DNA of 64,000 nucleotides, taken from assembly GCA_963716585.1 (NCBI GenBank), contig CAVQTN010000002.1, positions 783,906-847,905 on the forward strand. Reading direction: 5' to 3'. Both the position numbers and the translations under genes were made by a program. This document shows positions 41,065 to 54,317 of the stretch, piece by piece (within the stretch, counting starts at the first letter, position 1; the number at the start of each line of letters is the position of its first letter). Source of the stretch: an uncultured Chloroflexia bacterium. GTDB taxonomy: Bacteria > Chloroflexota > Limnocylindria > QHBO01. The notes under the pieces were generated by a model that did no database searches, was not told where the DNA came from, and saw nothing but the letters and a program-made list of their open reading frames with translations.

Positions 41065-41189
41065 CCCGTTGTTGCTTCGGTTTGCCGATCATTCCAATCT
41101 CCTCTACGAATAGTCGGGCGAGGGCCCGAAACGGACTCTCGCCGTGCGCCGAGTGAGCGCCATTCGCAGATGGAAGGCAAGGTAAGCGG

Positions 41190-41213
41190 GGGGTAGGAAT
41201 TGGGGTAGGAATT
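41190..41213. promoter_or_regulatory. Tandem 12-bp direct repeat GGGGTAGGAATT x2
   Basis: Read directly, upstream of the lipoprotein unit. Confidence 0.45.
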
Positions 41214-41253
41214 CGCCCATCGATTCGGCCCGGCTACGGGACAGCTCAGTGGC

Positions 41254-42231
41254 CTAGAGGCGGACCTTGGGCGGGTTGCGGTAGTCCCACATGTGCACGG
41301 TGTCCATGAAGCGGACCATGCCGCGCCGGTAGCTCATCACCAGCGAGTGGGTGCGTGCGCCGCCGCCGAAGAACCGAACGCCGCGCAGCAGCTCGCCATC
41401 GGTCACGCCGGTCGCGCAGAAGACGACGTTCTCGCCCGACGCCAGGTCGTTGGTGAAGTAGACCCGCTCGTCATCGTCCACGTCGACACCCATGCGCCGG
41501 GCGCGTTCCTTCTCCTCGTGGGAGCGCCAGGCGAACTTCGCCTGGATCTCGCCGCCCAGGCATTTCAGAGCAGCCGCGGACAGGACGCCCTCGGGCGCTC
41601 CGCCGGTGCCCATCACCGCGTGGACGCCGGTCCCGGAGACGGCGACCGAAATGGCCGCGGTCAGGTCGCCGTCCGAGATGAGCTTGATTCGGGCCCCGGT
41701 TTGCCGCACGGCGCTGATCAGCGCGGCGTGGCGGTCGCGTTCCAGGATCACCACCGTGATGTCCCAGACCGACCGGCCGAGCACGTCCGCGACGGTGTTC
41801 AGCGTCTTGTCGACCGGATCGTCGATGCTCACCTTGCCCGCGGCGGCCGGTCCCACGATCAGCTTCTGGAGATACGTGTCCGGCGCGTGCATCAGGCCAC
41901 CCGGCTCGGCGGCGGCGAGCACCGCCGTCGCGTTCGGCGACCCGGTGGCGACCAGGTTGGTGCCTTCCAACGGATCGACGGCGATGTCAACCGAAACGGC
42001 CGCTTCCGGGTTGCCGACCTGCTCGCCGATGTAGAGCATCGGTGCCTCGTCGCGCTCGCCCTCGCCGATGACGATCGTGCCGCTGATGTCGGCCGCTTCC
42101 ATGGCCGTGCGCATCGCCTCGACCGCCGCGTGGTCCGCGCCCATGCGGTCGCCGCGCCCCATCAGGCGCGCGGCCGCGATCGCGCCGGCCTCGGTGGCCG
42201 CCACGGCGTCGATCGAGATCAGCTTGTCCAT
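41254..42231 (-). CDS. glpX: Class II fructose-1,6-bisphosphatase
   Basis: GRGD..AD.AAV, VIGEGERDEAPMLYIGE, VDPLEGT, GGAPEG and ATGVTDG motifs. Confidence 0.95.
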   Translation of the reverse strand: MDKLISIDAVAATEAGAIAAARLMGRGDRMGADHAAVEAMRTAMEAADISGTIVIGEGERDEAPMLYIGEQVGNPEAAVSVDIAVDPLEGTNLVATGSPNATAVLAAAEPGGLMHAPDTYLQKLIVGPAAAGKVSIDDPVDKTLNTVADVLGRSVWDITVVILERDRHAALISAVRQTGARIKLISDGDLTAAISVAVSGTGVHAVMGTGGAPEGVLSAAALKCLGGEIQAKFAWRSHEEKERARRMGVDVDDDERVYFTNDLASGENVVFCATGVTDGELLRGVRFFGGGARTHSLVMSYRRGMVRFMDTVHMWDYRNPPKVRL

Positions 42232-42260
42232 CGGCTCCAGCTCATCGGCATGTGCAGTGC

Positions 42261-43805
42261 TCAATGCCTGAAGTGCCGGCGGCCGGTGAAGACCATGGCC
42301 ATGTGGTGGCGGTCGGCCACTTCGATGGCCATCTCGTCACGAATGCTGCCGCCGGGCTGGATGATGGCGGTGATCCCGGCCTGCGCCGCGATCTGGATGC
42401 CGTCCGGGAAGGGGAAGTACGCGTCGCTGGCCATCACCGACAGCGGTGCCCGTTCACCCGCCTTGCGCAGCGCGACCTCCACCGACACGACGCGCGACGG
42501 CTGCCCCGCCCCCATGCCGACCATGGCGTGCTTCTTGGCCAGCACGATGGCGTTCGACTTCACGTGCCGTACCGCGCGCCAGGCGAAGAGCAGGTCGGTG
42601 AGCTCCTCCAGGGTCGGCCGGCGCTGGGTGACGACCTGCAGCTTGTTGCGGTCCTCCTCCAGCGAGTCGATGGTCTGGACCAGGAGGCCGCCGCCGATGC
42701 GCTTGAAGTCGAAATTGCCGATTCCCAGGTCGGGACTGGGATGCTCATCCGGCGGCACCTCGACGATCTCGAAGCCCCGCTTGGTGCGCAGGATCTCCAG
42801 CGCCTCGGCGGTGTAGCCGGGAGCCACGATCGCCTCGAAGAAGCCCGGCCGGATGGCCCGCGCGGTCGCCTCGTCGACCACCCGGTTGGCGCCGATGATC
42901 CCGCCGTAGGCACTGACGCTGTCGCCCTCCAGGGCCAGCCGGAAAGCCTCGGCCAGGTCCACCACGCTGGCCAGGCCGCACGGATTGCCATGCTTGACGA
43001 TGGTGACCGTGGGCGTCTTGAAGTTGCTGGCGATGCTCCACGCGGCATCGAGGTCGAGCAGGTTGTTGAACGACAGGTCCTTGCCGGCGATTTGTCGCGC
43101 GCTCGAGATGGAGCTGCCGCGCTGGCCGGGATCGGCGTAGAAGGCCCCGAGCTGGTGCGGGTTCTCGCCGTAGCGCAGGTCGGCCTTCTTCTCGACCACC
43201 AGCGTGAGGCGGTTCGGGAAGAGCGTGCCGGCCTGCTGGTTCAGGTACCCGGCGATGTGCGCGTCGTACGACGCCGTGAGCGCGAACGCTTCCGCGGCCA
43301 GCTTCTGGCGCGTCTCGGGGCTGACCGCCTTCAGCGCCTTCACGTCGCGCAGGACCGATGCGTACTGCGTCGGGCTGCTCACCGCCGCCACGCCGGGGAA
43401 GTTCTTGGCAGCGGCGCGCAGGAGGGCCACGCCGCCGATGTCGACCTGGTCGAGCGCCTGGTCGAGGCTCGTGTCGGCGTCGGCCACCGTCTCGACGAAC
43501 GGGTAGAGGTTGACGACCACGATGTCGATCTGCTCGATGCCATGCTCGGCCAGCTGCGCCAGGTGATCGGGCTGGTCCCGGCGGGCAAGGACGCCGGCGA
43601 AGATGTTGGGATGGAGGGTCTTGACCCGGCCGCCGAGGATCTCCTGGCTCTGGGTGAGCTCGGAAACCGCCATGGTTTCCACGCCGGCCTCGGCGAGGTG
43701 CGCGCGGGTGCCGTTAGTCGCGTAGCACTCGGCGCCGGCGTCCGCCAGGCCGCGGGCGAGCTCAACGATCCCTTCGCGGTCCGAGACGGAGAGCAGGGCG
43801 CGCAA
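42261..43805 (-). CDS. purH: Bifunctional AICAR formyltransferase/IMP cyclohydrolase
   Basis: ALLSVSD, GRVKTLHP, DIGG..LLRAAAKN, LRYGENPHQ, KHGNPCG, SDAYFPF and TGRRHFRH motifs. Confidence 0.97.
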   Translation of the reverse strand: MRALLSVSDREGIVELARGLADAGAECYATNGTRAHLAEAGVETMAVSELTQSQEILGGRVKTLHPNIFAGVLARRDQPDHLAQLAEHGIEQIDIVVVNLYPFVETVADADTSLDQALDQVDIGGVALLRAAAKNFPGVAAVSSPTQYASVLRDVKALKAVSPETRQKLAAEAFALTASYDAHIAGYLNQQAGTLFPNRLTLVVEKKADLRYGENPHQLGAFYADPGQRGSSISSARQIAGKDLSFNNLLDLDAAWSIASNFKTPTVTIVKHGNPCGLASVVDLAEAFRLALEGDSVSAYGGIIGANRVVDEATARAIRPGFFEAIVAPGYTAEALEILRTKRGFEIVEVPPDEHPSPDLGIGNFDFKRIGGGLLVQTIDSLEEDRNKLQVVTQRRPTLEELTDLLFAWRAVRHVKSNAIVLAKKHAMVGMGAGQPSRVVSVEVALRKAGERAPLSVMASDAYFPFPDGIQIAAQAGITAIIQPGGSIRDEMAIEVADRHHMAMVFTGRRHFRH

Positions 43806-43963
43806 TCGACGACCTCGTTGCTGCTGGACTTCCCGGTGGTCTTGCGGGTGGCTGGCCGACCGGTTTCGACGGGCTTTCGAGGAGGTTCCGAGGATTTCGA
43901 CGCGTTTCGCGGCGGTGGTCGGCGGCCCGATTATACCGGCGCGCAGGCTATACTCGGCGGCCG

Positions 43964-44380
43964 ATGGGCATCCTGTTCGATGCGGTCACCCCGCTCAACT
44001 TCCCCGACTTCTTCACGCTGCTGTGGGTGGCATCACTCGTCATCCTGGTGGGGGCAATCATGGTCTACAACGCGGCCGGCCGCCGCTATCGCCGCTATCC
44101 GGCGATCCTGGCGCTCCACGAGTGGGTCTTCTGGTCGATCGTGGTCACCTGGGGCGTCGTGCCGCTGCTGGTCATCATCCACGTGCCGATGCTGCTGATC
44201 CTGCTCATCGTGCTGCCCGGCCTTGCCGTCGCGGCGTGGGCCACGTTCGTCAAGTTTCCGCCGCTCATCGCCGCGGCCAACGACGAGATCCGGCGCCGCC
44301 GCTTCGTGCCGCCGCCGCGCCGCACGGAGCGCGAGCGGGCCAAGCCGACTCCGGCCGGTCGCCGCCGCAAGCACCGCTAG
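43964..44380 (+). CDS. Hypothetical membrane protein
   Basis: Three TM segments and a basic tail; GC-rich third positions; TATACT -10 just upstream. Confidence 0.75.
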   Translation: MGILFDAVTPLNFPDFFTLLWVASLVILVGAIMVYNAAGRRYRRYPAILALHEWVFWSIVVTWGVVPLLVIIHVPMLLILLIVLPGLAVAAWATFVKFPPLIAAANDEIRRRRFVPPPRRTERERAKPTPAGRRRKHR

Positions 44381-44460
44381 CGCTGTCGGACGCATGCGCC
44401 GCCGCTGACGTGGCGCGCTTCGGGTTGGGGTGGCGCGCCTGGGCTCCACGGGCGACGCCT

Positions 44461-47104
<2,644 letters not shown>

Positions 47105-47108
47105 CGGT

Positions 47109-48119
47109 CTAGTGCACCTTCTCGCGGGGATCCGGTTGCGGATGCGCCTCCGCGAACGTTTCGAAGTCGCGCTGCGCCTCGTCATCCAGCGTCGGCAGCA
47201 CGACGCGCACCCGCACGAGCAGGTCGCCCTTCTCACTCGGCCTGCCGCGTTTCGGCAGGCCACGGCCGGCGACGCGGATCTCCTGCCCGTTCTGCGTGTT
47301 CGGGCGGATGCGCAGCCTGACGCCGCCGGTCAGGGTGGGCACCCGGGCCTCGCCGCCGAGCAGCGCCTCGGTGAGTGAGATCGGCAGCTCTGTGACAAGG
47401 TTGGCACCGTCGCGCTCGAAGCGGGGATCCGATTTCACGTGGACGGTGATCACCAGGTCGCCGCCGTCCACGGCGCCACTGAGCTTGACCTTGGATCCGT
47501 CGCTCACGCCGGCAGGGATCTTGACCTGCAGCCGGCGCCCGTTGACGTCGACCAGGCGCTCGGCCCCGGCCGCCACCTCGGCGAGGCTGACCTCGGCCGT
47601 GGCCTGCGCCGCCGGCGCTGCTCGACGCTGACGCGGTGCCGTCCGCGAGCCGGAGAGGTCCGACAGGTCGACATACTCGAAGCCGCTGCCGTCAGCGCCC
47701 ATGCCGAAGGGACTGCCGCCTCCCGCGCCGGCTGCGCGCGACCCACCGCCGAAGAACGTGCTGAAGAAGTCGCTGAAACCGCCCATCTCCTCAGGGCTGG
47801 CGCGTTGGTACGTCCAGCGCGTGCCACCGGGCGCACCCCCGAAGCCGGCCCAGTCGCTGGCGCTGCGTCCGCTGAAATCGCCGGCCTGCTGATAGGCGTT
47901 CCAGTTGGCCCCCAGCTCGTCGTAGCGCTTGCGCTTCTCGGCGTCACTGAGCACCGCCTGGGCCTCGTTGGCCTCCTTGAAGCGGCGCTCGGCCTCCTTG
48001 TCGCCCGGGTTGCGGTCCGGATGGAGCTCGCGTGCGAGGCGGCGGTAGGCCTTCTTGATCTCGGCCTTGGTCGCCGTCTTTGGCACGCCGAGGATGGCGT
48101 AGTAGTCCTTGTAGTCCAT
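47109..48119 (-). CDS. DnaJ-class (CbpA-like) co-chaperone
   Basis: J domain with HPD, G/F region and C-terminal domain; no zinc finger. Confidence 0.92.
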   Translation of the reverse strand: MDYKDYYAILGVPKTATKAEIKKAYRRLARELHPDRNPGDKEAERRFKEANEAQAVLSDAEKRKRYDELGANWNAYQQAGDFSGRSASDWAGFGGAPGGTRWTYQRASPEEMGGFSDFFSTFFGGGSRAAGAGGGSPFGMGADGSGFEYVDLSDLSGSRTAPRQRRAAPAAQATAEVSLAEVAAGAERLVDVNGRRLQVKIPAGVSDGSKVKLSGAVDGGDLVITVHVKSDPRFERDGANLVTELPISLTEALLGGEARVPTLTGGVRLRIRPNTQNGQEIRVAGRGLPKRGRPSEKGDLLVRVRVVLPTLDDEAQRDFETFAEAHPQPDPREKVH

Positions 48120-48191
48120 CGCTCAGGCATGCACCGGAGGGATGGGGCCACAGCGGCGGCGCGCCGCGCGCCGCTCGTCCGCCCTTGCCTG

Positions 48192-48257
48192 ATGCGCACG
48201 ATGCAGCAACCCGCGCCACAGCGCAGGGTTCGGCGCGAATTGCTGCATCGCGTGCAT
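48192..48257. other. Strong intergenic stem-loop between lon and dnaJ
   Basis: atgcgcacgatgcagcaa...ttgctgcatcgcgtgcat. Confidence 0.6.
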
Positions 48258-48273
48258 GAGCCGACCTGTGGCG

Positions 48274-50805
48274 CTAGGCGGGCTGGCCGGCGGGCGGCTG
48301 GTCGCCGCCCTTGGGCTTCACCGGCTTGGCTGCGACGGGCACCTCGCCCTCCGATCGCGGACGGCGACCGCGGCGCACGGCGGTCTTCTGCCGCTGCGCG
48401 CGCTCGGCCTTCATGCGCGCGGCGGAGCGGGGCGCGTCGATGAGCGCCTCCCGCAGCACGTCGTCCATGGTCTCGACCGGCACGATGCGCAGCTGCTGCC
48501 GCACGTCCTCCGGCACGTCGACCAGGTCGCGCTCGTTGCGCTTGGGGATGAGCACGGTGCTCACTCCTGCCAGGTGCGCCGCCAGCAGCTTCGACTTGAG
48601 GCCGCCGATCGGCAGCACGCGGCCACGCAACGTGATCTCGCCGGTCATCGCCAGGTCGCGCCGAACCGGCTTGCCGGTCAGCAGACTGGCCATGGCGGTG
48701 GCCATCGTCACCCCGGCCGAGGGCCCGTCCTTGGGGGTCGCCCCCGCCGGGACGTGGATGTGCAGCGTCTGCTTGTCGAAGATCGTCGGGTCGAGGCCGA
48801 GCTGCGCGGTCCGCGATCGGACATAGCTCAGCCCGGCGCGAGCCGACTCCTTCATCACGTCGCCCAGCTGTCCGGTGAGGATGAAGTCATCCTTGCCGTC
48901 CATCTTGGTGGCCTCCACCTGGACGATGTCGCCGCCCGCATCGGAGACCACCAGGCCGGTGGCCATCCCGATCTCGTCCTCGCTCTCGAGCTCGCCGTAG
49001 TCGAAGCGCGCCGGGCCCAGGTACTCCTCGAGCTGTGCGGCCTCCACGGTGACCTTGATCGAACGATCGTCAGCGACCCGACGCGCGACCTTGCGGGCCA
49101 GGTTGGCCAGCTCGCGCTCCAGGTTCCGGACGCCGGCCTCCTTGGTGAAGGCCTGGATCAGGCGCACCAGCGCCTCCTCGGTGATCAGCAGCTGGCCATC
49201 GGTCAGCCCGTGGTTCTCGAGAACCTTGGGCAGCAGGAACTTCTGCGCGATGCGCAGCTTCTCGAGCTGCGTGTAGCCGGGTAGCTGGATCATCTCCATC
49301 CGGTCGCGGAGGGCTGGCGGGATCGTGTCGAGCATGTTGGCGGTGGCGATGAAGAGCACCTTGGACAGGTCGAACGGCACCTCCAGGTAGTTGTCCTGGA
49401 AGGAGTAGTTCTGCTCCGGATCGAGCACCTCCAGCAGCGCCGACGAGGGATCGCCGCGGAAGTCCATGCCGACCTTGTCGATCTCATCGAGCATGAATAC
49501 CGGGTTCGCGCTCCCCGCGGTCTTGATCGACTGGATGACTCGACCCGGCAGGGCGCCGATGTAGGTGCGCCGATGCCCACGGATCTCCGCCTCGTCGTGG
49601 ATGCCGCCCAGGCTCATGCGCACGAACTTGCGGCCCATCGCCCGGGCGATGCTCTTCCCCAGGCTGGTCTTGCCCACGCCCGGCGGTCCGACGAAGAGCA
49701 GGATCGGCGAGCGGATCTTCTCGGCCAACTTGCGAACGGCCATGTACTCGAGGATGCGCTCCTTGGGCTTGTCGAGGCCGTAGTGGTCGTCGTTGAGGAC
49801 CTTCTCGGCATCGGCCAGGTTGAGGTCGTCGGCGCTCAGCACGCCCCACGGCAGGCTGACCAGCCAGTCGACGTAGGTGCGAATGACGCCCTGCTCCGGC
49901 GATGCGCTCGGGATCCGGGAGAGGCGATCGACCTCCTTGGTGGCCTTCTCCTTGACCTCCGTCGGCATGGCCGACTGCTCGACCCGCTCGCGCAGCTCGT
50001 TGGCCTCGGCCACCGCCGGATCGTCCTCGCCGAGCTCCTTCTGGATGGCCTTCATCTGCTCGCGCAGGATGTACTCGCGCTGGGTCTTGTCCATCTCCGA
50101 CTTGACTTCCGACTGGATGCGGCCCTTGAGCTCGAGCACCTCGATCTGCTTTGCCAGGAAGCCGCTCACCTTGCGCAGCCGCTCGGCGACGTCGATCGTC
50201 TCGAGCAGGTCCTGGCGCAGCGCGGTGTCCATGTCCGGCGAGTAGGCGACCATGTCGGCCAGCAGCCCGCCGTCGGTGATGTTGCGCGCGGCGACCGCCA
50301 CTTCCGGCGGCACGCTGGCGCCCGACGAGACGTACGACTCGATCTGTCCCTGGACCGATGCCATCAGCGCCTCGACCTCGAGGCTCTTGCTGGCGTCGTC
50401 CTCGACGACCTGGACGCGCGCCTCGAGGTGCGGCTCGGTCTGCAGCACGTCGAGCAGCCGGATGCGGCGCTGGCCCTGGACGATGGCGCGGATGGTGCCG
50501 TCCTGCAGGCGAATGACCTGCGCGATCTTGGCCAGGGTTCCGATCGGGTACAGCTCGTCGATGCTCTCGACCTCTTCGGTCTCGGCGCTTCGCTGCGTGA
50601 TGAGCGCCACCGGCTGGTTGGCGCGCACCGCCCGGTCGAGCGCCTTGACGCTGCGCTCGCGGCCGACCTGCAGGGGCACGATCATCTCGGGGAAGATGAC
50701 GGTGTCGCGCAGAGCCACCAGCGGCAGGACCTGGATCTGTTCGACCTCGCCGTCAGGCTCTTCGTTCTTGTTCTTGTCGGGAATCTCGGATGCCACTCTT
50801 GTCAC
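48274..50805 (-). CDS. lon: Lon protease
   Basis: LON N domain, [29 protein letters not shown] (catalytic Ser) and IGGLKSK. Confidence 0.97.
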   Translation of the reverse strand: MTRVASEIPDKNKNEEPDGEVEQIQVLPLVALRDTVIFPEMIVPLQVGRERSVKALDRAVRANQPVALITQRSAETEEVESIDELYPIGTLAKIAQVIRLQDGTIRAIVQGQRRIRLLDVLQTEPHLEARVQVVEDDASKSLEVEALMASVQGQIESYVSSGASVPPEVAVAARNITDGGLLADMVAYSPDMDTALRQDLLETIDVAERLRKVSGFLAKQIEVLELKGRIQSEVKSEMDKTQREYILREQMKAIQKELGEDDPAVAEANELRERVEQSAMPTEVKEKATKEVDRLSRIPSASPEQGVIRTYVDWLVSLPWGVLSADDLNLADAEKVLNDDHYGLDKPKERILEYMAVRKLAEKIRSPILLFVGPPGVGKTSLGKSIARAMGRKFVRMSLGGIHDEAEIRGHRRTYIGALPGRVIQSIKTAGSANPVFMLDEIDKVGMDFRGDPSSALLEVLDPEQNYSFQDNYLEVPFDLSKVLFIATANMLDTIPPALRDRMEMIQLPGYTQLEKLRIAQKFLLPKVLENHGLTDGQLLITEEALVRLIQAFTKEAGVRNLERELANLARKVARRVADDRSIKVTVEAAQLEEYLGPARFDYGELESEDEIGMATGLVVSDAGGDIVQVEATKMDGKDDFILTGQLGDVMKESARAGLSYVRSRTAQLGLDPTIFDKQTLHIHVPAGATPKDGPSAGVTMATAMASLLTGKPVRRDLAMTGEITLRGRVLPIGGLKSKLLAAHLAGVSTVLIPKRNERDLVDVPEDVRQQLRIVPVETMDDVLREALIDAPRSAARMKAERAQRQKTAVRRGRRPRSEGEVPVAAKPVKPKGGDQPPAGQPA

Positions 50806-51215
50806 ATTTCCCTTCGGTCGAGGCTCTCGTCGTCGTCGGCGCCTTCCTCGACGAAACGTTCGACATCGCCGGCATCGAACAGGTCGTAGACGCGGATCTT
50901 GCCCAGCGCTTCGAGCTGAAGGATGACTTTGACGCCCGCCAGGTTCACCCCCTGGCGACGGGTCAGGAAGCGGATGATACGCACCCGCCGGATATCGGCC
51001 TCTGAGTAGAGACGCAGGTTGTTACGTCGTTGCGGGCAGAGGAGGCCTTCCTCCTCGTAGATGCGCAGCGTCCGCGGGTGCACGCTGGTGAGTTCCGCGG
51101 CGATGCTGATGAAGTATCGCGGCATGTTCGGGTCGCGCAGCGAACTCACCCTCTCCCCGTCGCGCTCATGCAGGCCCCGTGTCCGGGAATTGCGGTCACG
51201 CGCCTGCGCCGCCAT
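50802..51215 (-). CDS. hspR: MerR-family heat-shock repressor (start may be the GTG at 51149)
   Basis: [34 protein letters not shown]; heads the lon-dnaJ-clpB operon. Confidence 0.85.
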   Translation of the reverse strand: MAAQARDRNSRTRGLHERDGERVSSLRDPNMPRYFISIAAELTSVHPRTLRIYEEEGLLCPQRRNNLRLYSEADIRRVRIIRFLTRRQGVNLAGVKVILQLEALGKIRVYDLFDAGDVERFVEEGADDDESLDRREM

Positions 51216-51296
51216 CGATCTCGAATCCGGTGATGATCGCCACTGCGTGTCTCCCGCGTTCCAGGCGCGATTGCTTACCTTCGTGGGACCATAAAC

Positions 51297-51317
51297 CCTG
51301 ACAATGACGTTGTCAAG
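51297..51317 (-). promoter_or_regulatory. HAIR-like operator CTTGACA-N7-TGTCAGG overlapping a TTGACA -35
   Basis: Same geometry as HAIR (CTTGAGT-N7-ACTCAAG); lies upstream of hspR. Confidence 0.65.
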
Positions 51318-51606
51318 GATGCTGTCAGCCGGCCGGGGCGCTCACGTCGGCTGGGGCGGTCGAACAACGGGCCGGGGTGCGGGGGCCCGGGCCGCCGGTC
51401 GGGCCGATTTGCCACGCGGTGGAGCTAACCGGCAACCGGCGCGGCGTAGAGGCCTCGCGCTTGCCGCTTCGGGTCATCGGCTGGCAGGATCCCGGATCGA
51501 ATGGGCTGAAACGGGTGCTGCTTCCTGGTTACCTCCACCCGGTGGCAGCGGCCTCGCGATCGCCTGTGCACGCATGGCCGCGAGCAGCGGTCGGACCGAG
51601 CACGCA

Positions 51607-52407
51607 TCAGCGCGAGGCTGATGCGATCTGCCAGTGACGTGCGCCCAGCCGGATCCCCAGCGGTCCGACCACCGGGCGGGCGACGAGGTCCAGGCGCAGG
51701 ACGGTGTCGCGCGCCACCGGCACGAGCTCCGTCCCACTGAAGACGAAGAGGATCGAGGTCGGCTGCTGAACGTAGTCGACCGATTCGGCGACCGCGGTGG
51801 CGTTCGTGTCGGTCTGACCAGTGAGCCGCACCCGGACGTCGTGCAGCAGGTTGGCCGGGGCGGCGTGGCAGTCGGCGCTCAGCGCGCCCGCCGCGCACTC
51901 GGCGGCGAGGTCGAAGAGCGCGGATCCGGCGACAGCGCTGAGGTCGGCGGGATCGGACGTCAGCCCCGCCTTCCACGAGCTGTGGCCGGAGGCCAGCTCC
52001 GGCCACTCCGTCACGAAGCGGTCGAGGACGGCGCCCGGCGACGCACCATCGGCGCCGATGAGCCAGAAGCCGGTGCCCCACACCAGCAGCGGCAAGGTCA
52101 GCCAGGCGATCGCCGCGGCCGGCGATCCCCGCTGGGTCGGCGGCCGCGCAGCCTGCATCCGCTCGGCGCGGCGGAAGGCCTGCACGGCCTGGAAGCCCCA
52201 CACGCCGATGAACAGCGTCCCGAGCAGGAAGGGCAGCAAGTACCAGGTCGAATCGGCGAACGCGACGAGGCTGTATACCACCGCCGCCAGCCCAATGATT
52301 TCGGCAACGAGCCAGCCGAAGCCCGCGACCCGGTCGCCCAGCGCGCGGTCGCCGAGCCCCCAGGCGAGCATCGAGAGGCGCAGGACCCGGCCCGGCCGCG
52401 CGCTCAC
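51607..52407 (-). CDS. Hypothetical membrane protein
   Basis: Three N-terminal TM segments and an extracellular domain with two Cys; coupled to trkA. Confidence 0.65.
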   Translation of the reverse strand: MSARPGRVLRLSMLAWGLGDRALGDRVAGFGWLVAEIIGLAAVVYSLVAFADSTWYLLPFLLGTLFIGVWGFQAVQAFRRAERMQAARPPTQRGSPAAAIAWLTLPLLVWGTGFWLIGADGASPGAVLDRFVTEWPELASGHSSWKAGLTSDPADLSAVAGSALFDLAAECAAGALSADCHAAPANLLHDVRVRLTGQTDTNATAVAESVDYVQQPTSILFVFSGTELVPVARDTVLRLDLVARPVVGPLGIRLGARHWQIASASR

Positions 52408-53063
52408 TCGCCGATGAGCAGGGTGCGCAGCTCGCCCTCGCGTGCGGCGGAGGTCACGGCCAGCAGCTTGTCGCCCGGTCGCAGGCGTGTCTCGGGGCGT
52501 GTCTGGATAGCACGCTCGTCGCGGATCAGCACGGCCAGGGTGCTGCCGGCGGGTAGCTCCAGATCGCGCAGCTGGATTCCGATGACCGGCGACTCGTCGG
52601 TGAGCTGCGCCTCCACGATCTGCAGCTCGCCGCCCTCCAGGTCGGCAAGGTGCAGCAGGTCGTGGACCGGGATCTCGTGCTCGATGACGCCCAGGATCGT
52701 GCGCGTCGGGCTGACGGTGTCGTCGATGGCCAGCTGCCGGAAGAGCTGCTCGTGCTTCGGGTTGTTGACGCGTGCGATCGCGCGCGGGACGTTGAAGCGC
52801 ATCTTGGCGACCTGGCAGGCGGCGAGGTTGACCGCGTCGTCGCCGGTGACCGCGGCGACCACGTTGGCGCGTGCCATGCCGGCCTCGGCCTGGTAGCGGC
52901 CCTCGCAGCCGTCGTTGGCCACCACGATGCTGCCCAGCTCATCGGCGATCTCGCGCGCCCGATGCGGGTCCTCCTCGATGATCACCACCTCGTGGCCTGC
53001 AGCCAGCAGCTCGCGGGTGAGGTAGAAGCCGACGGTTCCGCCGCCGATGACCACGACATACAT
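52404..53063 (-). CDS. trkA: TrkA/KtrA-family potassium uptake regulatory subunit (RCK N + C)
   Basis: VIGGGTVG, TGDD..N, ARVNNP and C-terminal LRPGDKL motifs. Confidence 0.9.
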   Translation of the reverse strand: MYVVVIGGGTVGFYLTRELLAAGHEVVIIEEDPHRAREIADELGSIVVANDGCEGRYQAEAGMARANVVAAVTGDDAVNLAACQVAKMRFNVPRAIARVNNPKHEQLFRQLAIDDTVSPTRTILGVIEHEIPVHDLLHLADLEGGELQIVEAQLTDESPVIGIQLRDLELPAGSTLAVLIRDERAIQTRPETRLRPGDKLLAVTSAAREGELRTLLIGE

Positions 53064-53066
53064 CGG

Positions 53067-53678
53067 TCAGGCGTCCTCCTCTTCGGCCGCGTCGGATCCC
53101 GCGACCCCGGCGCTCGCCTCGTTGCCATCGCTCGCCTCGGCTCGGTCGCTTGCCGGGTCATCCTCGCTCGCCTCGGCCTGGATGGCGGCATGCGCCTCCT
53201 GGTGCGCCAGCGACCCGGGGCTCGGCGCGCCGCGCAACGGCTCGGCGGTCGGCTGCTCGACGAACTCGCTGGCCCCCGGGCCTTCGACGACGGCCGTCAC
53301 CAGCGCGTCCGAGAGCATCACGGTCCGGCAGATGGTCTCCAGCCCCAACGAGCGGTAGGCCTCGGCACGCAGCGGATCGTTGATCTTGGCGATCACCCGC
53401 GGGATGCCGAACATGTGCTTGCCGAGCTGTGCTGCCAGCGCGTTGCGGTTGTCCCCCTCGGTGAGGGCCATGAGCACGTCAGACAGCTCGGCGCCGGCGC
53501 CGCGGAGCACGTCTTCGTCGGTCCCGGTGCCGCGCACCGTGATCCCGCCGAACGACGACGGCAGGCGACTGAACGCCCGAGCATTCTCATCGATGACCGT
53601 CACCTTGTCGCCGCGGCGGTCCAGCTCGGCTGCCGTCCGTGCGCCGACGCGACCGCAGCCGATGATCATGACCTTCAT
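53067..53678 (-). CDS. trkA: TrkA-family subunit (RCK N domain with an acidic tail)
   Basis: MKVMIIGCGRVG, TEGDNRN and DPLRAEAY..LG motifs. Confidence 0.88.
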   Translation of the reverse strand: MKVMIIGCGRVGARTAAELDRRGDKVTVIDENARAFSRLPSSFGGITVRGTGTDEDVLRGAGAELSDVLMALTEGDNRNALAAQLGKHMFGIPRVIAKINDPLRAEAYRSLGLETICRTVMLSDALVTAVVEGPGASEFVEQPTAEPLRGAPSPGSLAHQEAHAAIQAEASEDDPASDRAEASDGNEASAGVAGSDAAEEEDA

Positions 53679-54160
53679 GGTGTGTGTGCCAGGTCCTCCG
53701 TCTCGATGCGCAGACACCAGACCGGCGCGGGCGAGTTGCGCATCACATAGGGAACGGTGCGTCCGGCGTCCCATTGGCCGCCGAAGCGCTTCTTATAGCG
53801 TAGCCCCATCACGATCACGTCGGCACGTCGCTCGACGGCGTCATCGACGATGGCCGCTCCGGCGGCGCGAGCCTGCACGACGCCACTCTCGACACGGACC
53901 TCCTGCTCGGTCAGGAATGCCTCGCCGCGGCCGAGCACCTCATCCGCGAAGGCGATCGCCTGCGTGTCCTCGTCGTCCAGCTGCCGATCGAACGGCACCT
54001 CGATGACGTGCAGCAGGTACACGCCGCCGCTCGTGCCCGCGAGCAGCGTCGCCGCTGCGCGGAGCGCCGTCTCGTCAGCCTCGGTGCCGCCGACAGGGAC
54101 CAGGATGCGCTCGTAATGGAGCAGTGCGAAGCGCTTTTCGGGGCGCCGACCGAAGATCAT
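53675..54160 (-). CDS. Universal stress protein
   Basis: RILVPV, LLHVIEVP, ADVIVMG and GRTVPYVMRNSPAPVW motifs. Confidence 0.88.
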   Translation of the reverse strand: MIFGRRPEKRFALLHYERILVPVGGTEADETALRAAATLLAGTSGGVYLLHVIEVPFDRQLDDEDTQAIAFADEVLGRGEAFLTEQEVRVESGVVQARAAGAAIVDDAVERRADVIVMGLRYKKRFGGQWDAGRTVPYVMRNSPAPVWCLRIETEDLAHTP

Positions 54161-54173
54161 GGCGACAGATATC

Positions 54174-54317
54174 CTACGGCGCGTTTCCGGCGGGGGGCAC
54201 CGTGATCGTGCCGTCGACGATGAACTCGTCACTCAGCTTGTCGTCTGCTGTCACCGCCAATTCGCCAACGGGCAGGCCGGCGCGTTCGACCAGCACGCCG
54301 CCCGCCGTGTGGCTCAT
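54174..54317 (-). CDS. Small hypothetical ORF (47 aa)
   Basis: ATGA-coupled to the phosphoesterase stop; MSHTAGGVLVERAGLPVGELAVTADDKLSDEFIVDGTITVPPAGNAP. Confidence 0.4.
   Translation of the reverse strand: MSHTAGGVLVERAGLPVGELAVTADDKLSDEFIVDGTITVPPAGNAP

Noticed and set aside
43806-43935. Possible ZMP/ZTP (pfl) riboswitch in the purH leader (contains accaccgggaag)
   Set aside because: The upstream GACUGGCG/GGUGG strand and the downstream CGCCUGGG pseudoknot hairpin are absent; only a TATAAT promoter is evident.
51320-51606. Possible ncRNA in the intergenic region upstream of hspR
   Set aside because: GC-rich hairpins only; no recognisable tRNA, SRP, tmRNA or RNase P features.
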